Part shown: positions 56,726 through 64,000 of the stretch, one piece after another
How positions within the stretch are numbered: position 1 is the stretch's first letter
Layout: every line of letters begins with the position of its first letter
DNA from: a virus
DNA length: 64,000 nucleotides
IMG/VR virus record: IMGVR_UViG_3300046004_000518
Location: 1 to 64,000 of that record
Direction: 5' to 3' (one strand)
Made by a program: the position numbers and the translations under genes
The notes under the pieces: model-generated
Database searches by the model: none
Seen by the model: the letters and a program-made list of their open reading frames with translations, nothing else
Told to the model about the DNA's origin: nothing

Positions 56726-56961
56726 TATTTGATATCAATTTTGTCTTTGAATGTTTTGCTATTCTTTTCTAAATCATCTAGCATTTTTTGATTACGACGT
56801 TGAACTTCCATATCATAATCGCCCATGACTAACTGTATCTGACCAATCATATCGCCATGCCCCATACGATATGCAAACATCATACGATTACTTAACTCAG
56901 CACGCTTTTTATGTAATTCATCATCTGATAAACCTGATAGGTCTGGTGTAAGTGGATGCAT
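56725..56961 (-). CDS. hypothetical protein
   Basis: 78-aa coupled ORF. Confidence 0.7.
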   Translation of the reverse strand: MHPLTPDLSGLSDDELHKKRAELSNRMMFAYRMGHGDMIGQIQLVMGDYDMEVQRRNQKMLDDLEKNSKTFKDKIDIK

Positions 56962-57395
56962 TATAAATCTCCGTCTTGTCTATTCTCACTATAGTAGGCA
57001 TCAAAACTTCCGCCTGGATAGCGTGATTGTAGTTTATTTACATTTTCTTGTATTACATCATTTGGATCTAAGTTTAAGGCACGACATGCATTAACCCAAT
57101 ACCACATGATATCACCAAGTTCACGCTTCATGTGGAATACATTCTCATCGTTAAGTGGTTTACCTTGGAATAACATTTTCTTTGGAATTTCACAAAACTC
57201 GCCAGACTCTGCCGCTAGCCCTAAGCATGCTGTAATTAGTAGCGGAACATTAACATCTGGACCATGCAAATTGGTTGCAGAATCATAATTACCATCCAAA
57301 TCATCTAAACGATTCATAAAAGTAGTTAAGTCGTTGCTGGGTTGGCTAGTTACTTCTTTTACAAAGTCTGAATATTTGTTTAAATCGATATGCAT
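56961..57395 (-). CDS. mazG: MazG-like nucleotide pyrophosphohydrolase
   Basis: GLAAESGEFCEIPKK...KRELGDIMWY...NVNKLQSRYP. Confidence 0.9.
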   Translation of the reverse strand: MHIDLNKYSDFVKEVTSQPSNDLTTFMNRLDDLDGNYDSATNLHGPDVNVPLLITACLGLAAESGEFCEIPKKMLFQGKPLNDENVFHMKRELGDIMWYWVNACRALNLDPNDVIQENVNKLQSRYPGGSFDAYYSENRQDGDL

Positions 57396-57422
57396 AAATG
57401 AGAACTCCTTAGTAATACTACT

Positions 57423-57451
57423 AGTTTATAGTAATATCGCTAAGGAGTCAA
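57423..57451 (-). promoter_or_regulatory. sigma70-type promoter for the mazG operon
   Basis: TTGACT-N17-TAAACT, embedded in an inverted repeat. Confidence 0.6.
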
Positions 57452-57466
57452 TGGGTTTGGTAAAAA

Positions 57467-58408
57467 TTAACCTATTTTATACCATTTAGTTTCTGATGCA
57501 TGGTAGAAATATGATACACTTGTGCCAGCAGACAACGTTACGTTGGCACTTGGTACTAATGTTGTACCCACGCTTGGATTAACTTTAAATGCTGTGATAG
57601 TTTGTGTTGAACTAACTGTAACAACTTTAGCTTCAACGTTGCCTGCAGGAAGTGTTAATGTACCTTTGGCTAATGTACTAGCTGGGTTATAAATCACACG
57701 TGAAACACTAGCACCAACAGTTTGATCAAAGTCTGACGTAGCAGCACTATACTGATAACCAGTAGCAATGGTAGCACCACCTAGTGTTAAATTGCCTGTG
57801 ATTGTAAAATCACCAGTGATATTATCACAATTACGTGTTAAATCTTCAATGGTAATTGTAGTACCTGCATTATATGTTGTAAATTCAAATACATATGATC
57901 CAGCGGCTGGGAATTTAATATATGATCCGTTCCAACCTTGAATATTTGTAAGTCCTACTGATACCGCCGCTGGCAATGTTATTGTATCTGTCGATGCTTG
58001 ACTAATAACAATTTCAAGTCTTAATTTAGCATACAATCCGCTAGTTGGCCAATTAGTAAATGCACTAATAGTTAATGCAGTGCCTGCTGTTGTGGTTACC
58101 TTTTGATAGTGGCCATCTGCAAAACTAATTATAGTCGATGATGTTTGTGGTCCGATATCTTTAATTGTTTCAACAGTTCTAATTAATTGCGCACCTTTTA
58201 TCTGTGCGTAGTTCAGTTCATTAGAAAAGCTACCGTCAGATAATGGTTCTGTTAATATTGATTTGAGTTGCAAATCTGCAATCTCATTTTTAGCAAACGT
58301 TAAATTGTTTTTAATGTTGGTAAAGTTATCACGAAAGCCTTGACTATCATTGTCCTGGCCTGCAATTGGATAACTTCCGTTTATATTATTTGGGTTAATT
58401 GATGACAT
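57467..58408 (-). CDS. virion structural protein (tail/baseplate)
   Basis: YPIAGQDNDSQGFRDNF N-terminus, beta-rich body. Confidence 0.7.
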   Translation of the reverse strand: MSSINPNNINGSYPIAGQDNDSQGFRDNFTNIKNNLTFAKNEIADLQLKSILTEPLSDGSFSNELNYAQIKGAQLIRTVETIKDIGPQTSSTIISFADGHYQKVTTTAGTALTISAFTNWPTSGLYAKLRLEIVISQASTDTITLPAAVSVGLTNIQGWNGSYIKFPAAGSYVFEFTTYNAGTTITIEDLTRNCDNITGDFTITGNLTLGGATIATGYQYSAATSDFDQTVGASVSRVIYNPASTLAKGTLTLPAGNVEAKVVTVSSTQTITAFKVNPSVGTTLVPSANVTLSAGTSVSYFYHASETKWYKIG

Positions 58409-61400
58409 TTAATTAAATACTCCGAGTTTAGCAAATTTAATGTATTTATCTCCGGCTTCAGGTATAGTATAACTATCTCGATAACTATAGAAACGTGTAC
58501 CATTTCCGTCGAACTGGGTGGATATTATTTGTATTTCTTCTGGTATAGCAGTGTAATTTGGTATTAAATTACCAGATTTAACAACTGGATCATAATAGAT
58601 GTTAGATGTACCGTAGGTAAATCCATTTCTTACGTACAATTTATTATAGAATGTTACTTCTTGTATATATGTTAGGGTGACTATATTATCGGCGTTGATA
58701 TTAATACGCCATATACCAATACGTTCATTGGCTATCAACGGATCAAAGTTATGTTCGTTGTAGCCCGGCACTGCACCAGCGGCATCCCAACCTAGATCAT
58801 CTAAGGTAACTGATCCTACATTACCTGGAGTTCCTGCGTCATAATCCCAGGAATCTCCGCCCCATACTGTGGTAACATCGCGCCATCCTTGATTATAATC
58901 GCCAATGTCGTTTTGTCCTTGTTTGAATTCTTGTTGAGCAAACACCAGAGTTTCACCATCTTTGAAGTGAGTCATACCGTCTAATCCACCGATACTAATA
59001 ATTGCTGATTTAGCACGATTATTAATATCCTCATAAGGTGTAGTTATAGCATAATCAACAGTGCCGGCATCAGCGAATACACTAGATAATCCAGGATAAC
59101 GGTCAAAGGTTGTTTCACTACTAGTAATAAATGCACCAGCAGTAATATCATAATTGGCAGAATATATATTATCAACTTGATAACGATCAACAGTAAAGTC
59201 AATTTCATTCATATTATAATTTTGTTGCGCAAATCTATAGGCAATTAAACTGCTAGCACCCGGCACTGTATATGCAAGTACCACAGCACGAGTGAATCCA
59301 AGTACGAAGCCATTTTCTTGTCTACTGGTCATCCAATCAGGCAATGCACCTTTGTTGGCATAGCCAAGCGCAGCAACAGTAACATCCTTCATATTACTAA
59401 AAGCATTTGGATATGCAGTGGTATAGGCATTTCCATCGTAATCGTAATACGGAGTAGCAATAGCTGGATATACAATATCCGCAGGACCCTGTCCACTTGC
59501 ATTGGTGTTATCATCAGTTACTTCTAAATATACAACTTCATATTTAATATTAAAATTACTATCACGTGCCACTGCTGTTTTTACACCACCAAGTGCAATT
59601 CGTTTTTCGTAATGATTAGTTGATACCACTGCAGCATATTCTGATAATAAACTTGGATTTAATCCTGGTAAAAATAATGTTTTAATATCATTAGCCAAAC
59701 CAAAGAATGGATCTTCGTTACGATATATTAGTTCTGGCGGAAATATAGATGTGTTGTGCATAATTGATGTAAATTGCGCACGCTGTTCTTTTGATGGTAG
59801 AGCTTTGCAATATAAATCTTCATATGGTGTATTATTTCTATTCAGCACTCGAATAGTAAATGTACGATCTGATGTAACACTAAGGGCAGAATCTTGAGCA
59901 GTAACAGTAAATGTATATGTACTATCAAATGTTGTTGTTGCTTCGCCTAATATATTACCATCTAAGAATGTAGTACCTTGATCCAAACTAAACAACTCGA
60001 AACTAACTCTGCCAGATAGTAATCCCCCAAGGGTAAGTATTAACCCCTGTGGTAATCGATGCGCACTATTAGCGGACAAATTATAATACAAAAGTTTACC
60101 TTTTGTTGATATAGCACTAATAGATAAATCACTGATTCGGCCGTTTTCAATTGTACCTAAGTCACTTGGGGTGATCCAATTAATTTTATTATTTAAATCA
60201 CCCAATACAGTTAATGTAAACAGGCCAGTGGCTTGATACGCTGGGTAATCTCTTTTATACACCACAACTTCAAATGGATATTGAATTTCATTAGCCGATA
60301 TAGTGGGTAATCTTCCAGTAAGCCAGCCTGAATTTATATCTATGGTTATCTCATCGGAAATATATAAAGGACTTTGATCAAATTTTGATTCATCAAACCC
60401 AATTGTACCTTCAGTAGATAATAGTCCCAATGTAACTCCAACACTGATTACAGAAGTGGGAGTAGCTCCAGTACTAACGGCATTTATATATGTTATTGCA
60501 CTAGTAGCAGATGAGTTAAGTGTAAAGGACTCTGCACTATTGTACACCATTCCGATATCGGCCTGGGCTATAACATCGATTGGATATACAGGTATATCAG
60601 TTGTATTAATAGTTAAGTTGCCGGATCCTGTAGTAAATGTACCAGAAGTAAATGCAACAGGAACATTGGTGGTAGATACAACATTCGCTGTTACTGTTGC
60701 AGTTGCACCCGAAGATGTCTGAGTAATCACATCACCGATATTAGCGGTTATTCCTACTGGAGTTTCGGCTCCGGCAAATGTGTATGGATATGCATCTATA
60801 TTGGTGCTGTTAATTGCTATATTACCCGATTCGAGTATAAATGCATTACCTGAATAGGTTACGGATAATTCATCTGAAATGACTACATTGGCAGTCACTG
60901 TGGCAATTGCTCCACTACTGGATTGTGTAATAATATCACCGATGTTGGCTGAAACTAATACATCATTGAATACTGTAGATATAGGATAAGCATTGATATA
61001 AGTGCCATTAATTTGTACATTACTATGTACACTTATATTACCAGCAATAAATGAACCAGCAGTTAGTTCAATTGCCACTGTGGGAGAATTTACCACGTTT
61101 GCTCGAACTGTTGCATTTGCTGTGCCGCTGGGTTGTGTAATAAAATCACCAACATTAGCAGTAATCAATTGGTCAGATACTGCTAAAACACCAATATTTG
61201 TATTTCCTCGGATAGTCAATGTGCCAACAATAACTTCACCTAAAACTTCTATACTACCCACAGTAGAACTTATAGTAGCGATAGTGGCATTGGCAGAACT
61301 TATTGTTTGGGTAATAAAATCACCCGGAGCTCCAGCAATTATAGTATCGCCTGTTAATCTTAATTTAATATAATTATTTACAGTAGCGTCATACCAATTT

Positions 61401-62530
61401 AATTCATCGAGAGTAGTTAAACTTAATATTTTAATATCATCACCGGATAACAGTGCCGGTTTGGTAATATTTTCTACTGAATTAACTCCTACGAATAAAT
61501 TGCCTCCGATTAATGTAGATGCAATATATGGACTACCATTACCTATAATAATCTGTTCGTCGAATGTAACTGAGGTTGTACTAGGTAAAGCATATTGTAA
61601 TACATCGCCATCTAAATCTAGCCCAACAATCTGAAACGAAAAATAACTACCTTGTCGTTGATCTTCTAATTCAACCTGTGTAGTTACTATAATCGGTTCG
61701 TGTCGTGCACCGACATCAATAGTAAGTTCGCCAGCACCTGTTACTGTTCTATCTGTGGTAATTAATGTAGAATCCGCTTCAAGTGTTTCTTGCGGAGTTA
61801 CTACTATGTTATACGGAGTTGCATCATAATTTACGCCATCGAATACTTCTACAGTAAAATTAAATGTTTTAGAAATCGCAATAGGCGAAAAATCCCAGCC
61901 AAGTTGACCCCAGGGTGTTACAATTGAATCGTATACTTGCCAGCTTGGATTTGTTACCGGATGAGCTGAATCAACATATCCAGGATCTCCGTTGTCTAAA
62001 TGGCCGCCCCACCCTGACTCGCTGCTCGGACCGGGTCCGATGATTGGTTGAATGTATCCGTAGAGTAGTCCACCGGCTGATAATGATATTCCTGGTGGGA
62101 GCTCACCGTCCTTTAGACGCCAACTTAATGTGGCACCGGGCGTAGCTTCAATTGCTTCTAATTGTATATTAAGTATAGTACCATCAAATCGTAGGCCAAG
62201 ATCAACATCGCGCGGTATGATGATTGGAGGAGCAACATTGGACACTGTGATATTAAATGTTCTATCAGCAAGTCCGTTTGTTACAGAATTTTTTACTCTA
62301 ATAGTAAATGTATATGTAACGTTTTGATCACCACCCAATTCACTTACTGGGATACCTTGCAATTTACCTGTAGGTATTAATTGTATACCTAAAGGTAATT
62401 TTCCTGAGATATGACTATAAACTAATGTACCGCCGGATGCATCATATGCATCTAAATCATAGTCGTAATACTCGAGCTCGGGTATTATACCTAGTTGTCC
62501 TGCAGAAGTAATCCACTTTGGTAATGCCAT
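58409..62530 (-). CDS. large tail/baseplate structural protein with Ig-like (He_PIG-type) repeats
   Basis: Repeated G.LP.G+.L...G.L.G and DRTF.I motifs; WIT..G.LG. Confidence 0.75.
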   Translation of the reverse strand: MALPKWITSAGQLGIIPELEYYDYDLDAYDASGGTLVYSHISGKLPLGIQLIPTGKLQGIPVSELGGDQNVTYTFTIRVKNSVTNGLADRTFNITVSNVAPPIIIPRDVDLGLRFDGTILNIQLEAIEATPGATLSWRLKDGELPPGISLSAGGLLYGYIQPIIGPGPSSESGWGGHLDNGDPGYVDSAHPVTNPSWQVYDSIVTPWGQLGWDFSPIAISKTFNFTVEVFDGVNYDATPYNIVVTPQETLEADSTLITTDRTVTGAGELTIDVGARHEPIIVTTQVELEDQRQGSYFSFQIVGLDLDGDVLQYALPSTTSVTFDEQIIIGNGSPYIASTLIGGNLFVGVNSVENITKPALLSGDDIKILSLTTLDELNWYDATVNNYIKLRLTGDTIIAGAPGDFITQTISSANATIATISSTVGSIEVLGEVIVGTLTIRGNTNIGVLAVSDQLITANVGDFITQPSGTANATVRANVVNSPTVAIELTAGSFIAGNISVHSNVQINGTYINAYPISTVFNDVLVSANIGDIITQSSSGAIATVTANVVISDELSVTYSGNAFILESGNIAINSTNIDAYPYTFAGAETPVGITANIGDVITQTSSGATATVTANVVSTTNVPVAFTSGTFTTGSGNLTINTTDIPVYPIDVIAQADIGMVYNSAESFTLNSSATSAITYINAVSTGATPTSVISVGVTLGLLSTEGTIGFDESKFDQSPLYISDEITIDINSGWLTGRLPTISANEIQYPFEVVVYKRDYPAYQATGLFTLTVLGDLNNKINWITPSDLGTIENGRISDLSISAISTKGKLLYYNLSANSAHRLPQGLILTLGGLLSGRVSFELFSLDQGTTFLDGNILGEATTTFDSTYTFTVTAQDSALSVTSDRTFTIRVLNRNNTPYEDLYCKALPSKEQRAQFTSIMHNTSIFPPELIYRNEDPFFGLANDIKTLFLPGLNPSLLSEYAAVVSTNHYEKRIALGGVKTAVARDSNFNIKYEVVYLEVTDDNTNASGQGPADIVYPAIATPYYDYDGNAYTTAYPNAFSNMKDVTVAALGYANKGALPDWMTSRQENGFVLGFTRAVVLAYTVPGASSLIAYRFAQQNYNMNEIDFTVDRYQVDNIYSANYDITAGAFITSSETTFDRYPGLSSVFADAGTVDYAITTPYEDINNRAKSAIISIGGLDGMTHFKDGETLVFAQQEFKQGQNDIGDYNQGWRDVTTVWGGDSWDYDAGTPGNVGSVTLDDLGWDAAGAVPGYNEHNFDPLIANERIGIWRININADNIVTLTYIQEVTFYNKLYVRNGFTYGTSNIYYDPVVKSGNLIPNYTAIPEEIQIISTQFDGNGTRFYSYRDSYTIPEAGDKYIKFAKLGVFN

Positions 62531-62538
62531 AATGTACC

Positions 62539-64000
62539 TTAAATAATCACTGCTTCAATAATACCGACATCTCTAGTGGTCTTATTTTCTAATGCTTTGC
62601 CAAATACTGCCGCGCCATAGTTTGTACTACGACTAACACTTATTGCTACTCCAGGAGTGTTACCTGTTACTAATAGATCACCTTTTTTAACAAATCCTTC
62701 TACTTTAACTGGAACACGACCACGTAATGCCACAGGTTGTCCGTCTAATTCGTTATTCATTAGGTACGCAGGATTGGTTGATATAACCCCTGCAACTGCT
62801 GTATCAGCAAATAATTGTGTAGTAGTAATTTCTTTATCACCACCAAATACTACCACAGTACCAGCTTCGTAGTTGGCATCACTTAGATAGTTTTCTGCCA
62901 AGTCGGCATATTTTGCTGTAGTTGATACACCACTGAATGTAGTAGCATATACTGTGGCAAATGTTGCGCCGACTGCACCGATATTAATTGTATTGTGTGT
63001 TGCTGCAGTAATCGTACTACCTACTGTTAGTCCGTTAGTAGCAATTAAATTACTGCTTGTTATGATATTACCAGTTACAGCCAATGAGCCAAGTGTACCC
63101 ACAGATTGTAAGTTTGAATTTACGATTGCTGTTGGTAATGTAGTGCCCGTAATTGCGCTTGCAGCAACTGATCCAGCAGTTCCATCGATGCTAACACCAC
63201 TTAATGATTGTATAGCACCGGTACGATTTAATGCAATAGCAGTTGTACCGATATACACAGTTGAATTACCCATTACTGTACTTGATATAGTGCCTATTAA
63301 ATTACCTGCTGTTAATACAGTTAAATTTGCACCACTAACATTACCAAATGTACCACTCCATGTACCAGCGGTGATTGTACCAACTGTGGCCAATGCACTT
63401 GCTGACGTAATATTATTCTGTGCCGCGGTTTGCAATGTTCCTGTTAAGTTTGTGAAATAACCGTAGTTAAATGTTGCACCACTAGCACCAATATTACCAG
63501 TAGCAGTTGTACCGCCATTTGAAATTGCAGTTGGAGTTGGAGCATTTAATACAATATTACCTAATACCAATGTGTCATATTTGGCATTGGTCAATGGCAT
63601 CTGTGTTGTAATTGTATCTGGAGTTACATTACTAAATAGATTCCATCTACCGTCGGAGTCATCACGTACAAAACCAGTAAGTTGCTCTACGTTGCCCACC
63701 GCGCCAGTAAATCTTCCATAAAAGCCAATATCAAAATTGTATGGATAGGAAGGAATAGTATCAAAATATACAAGTGGACTAGTTGATACTAATGTTGTTG
63801 TACTGGTTGCGACCGCATTGGCAACATATAAATTACCTTGAATATATACATCCTTAGCAATACCGACACCACCGTCGACTATCAATGCACCACTGTTGAA
63901 TTGTAATGCATTTGTAGCATCTGTTATATGTGTAACACCATTAACTGTTGCACCGGTAAGTATGCCAAGTGATGTAATTTGTGACTGAGTCGGTGTACGA
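62539..64000 (-). CDS. tail fibre-like structural protein with C-terminal autoproteolytic-chaperone-like domain (5' end beyond window)
   Basis: Frame open to window edge; AQ.NITS.GTL repeats; YADLAENY...GVISTNPAYLMN...VALRGRVPVKV...KGDLLV. Confidence 0.75.
   Translation of the reverse strand, partial: RTPTQSQITSLGILTGATVNGVTHITDATNALQFNSGALIVDGGVGIAKDVYIQGNLYVANAVATSTTTLVSTSPLVYFDTIPSYPYNFDIGFYGRFTGAVGNVEQLTGFVRDDSDGRWNLFSNVTPDTITTQMPLTNAKYDTLVLGNIVLNAPTPTAISNGGTTATGNIGASGATFNYGYFTNLTGTLQTAAQNNITSASALATVGTITAGTWSGTFGNVSGANLTVLTAGNLIGTISSTVMGNSTVYIGTTAIALNRTGAIQSLSGVSIDGTAGSVAASAITGTTLPTAIVNSNLQSVGTLGSLAVTGNIITSSNLIATNGLTVGSTITAATHNTINIGAVGATFATVYATTFSGVSTTAKYADLAENYLSDANYEAGTVVVFGGDKEITTTQLFADTAVAGVISTNPAYLMNNELDGQPVALRGRVPVKVEGFVKKGDLLVTGNTPGVAISVSRSTNYGAAVFGKALENKTTRDVGIIEAVII

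Noticed and set aside
1440-63460. Numerous 60-210 aa plus-strand ORFs (e.g. 16460..16990, 32209..32841, 62954..63460) and nested minus-strand ORFs
   Set aside because: They lie within well-supported genes, lack RBS or motifs, and read as antisense or alternate-frame shadows.
1-64000. Stop-codon reassignment, as in some jumbo phages
   Set aside because: Long genes are intact in the standard code, and TAA, TAG and TGA all end genes at tight junctions.

Overview
This 64-kb window is part of a large, AT-rich tailed dsDNA phage genome (jumbo/T4-like myovirus type). Genes are dense and almost all on the minus strand, in the standard genetic code. The host is probably Gram-negative, since spanins and sigma70 promoters are present. 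Left to right: (1) a putative base-modification/sugar cluster (DegT aminotransferase, glycosyltransferase, QueD-like T-fold, two dehydrogenases, SulP, TGT/DpdA-like); (2) replication genes (sliding clamp, family B polymerase with an apparent AUU start); (3) a tail fibre; (4) an array of unrelated enzymes (four pol-beta-type nucleotidyltransferases, two GNATs, an amidoligase, a ParB-like protein, a cytidylyltransferase, a metallopeptidase) sharing a short N-terminal tag, best conserved as MRAxEF(I/L)xE, that resembles the T4 capsid-targeting sequence, plus modular proteins punctuated by hydrophobic-x-E sites; (5) ClpA and DnaJ; (6) a lysis cassette whose holin ends in a GGGAAAG slippery site followed by a predicted pseudoknot and an open -1 frame; (7) a P-loop/ferritin-like/amidotransferase accessory cluster, PhoH, a free-standing HNH, clamp loader, GroES, a Pol III alpha fragment and MazG; (8) tail/baseplate structural genes. 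The best candidates for new biology are the tagged virion-cargo enzyme array, the holin -1 frameshift, the AUU-initiated polymerase with a structured leader, and a GC-rich structured RNA inside the cargo array. No tRNA, rRNA or CRISPR array was seen. All family assignments come from motif recognition by eye, not from database searches.
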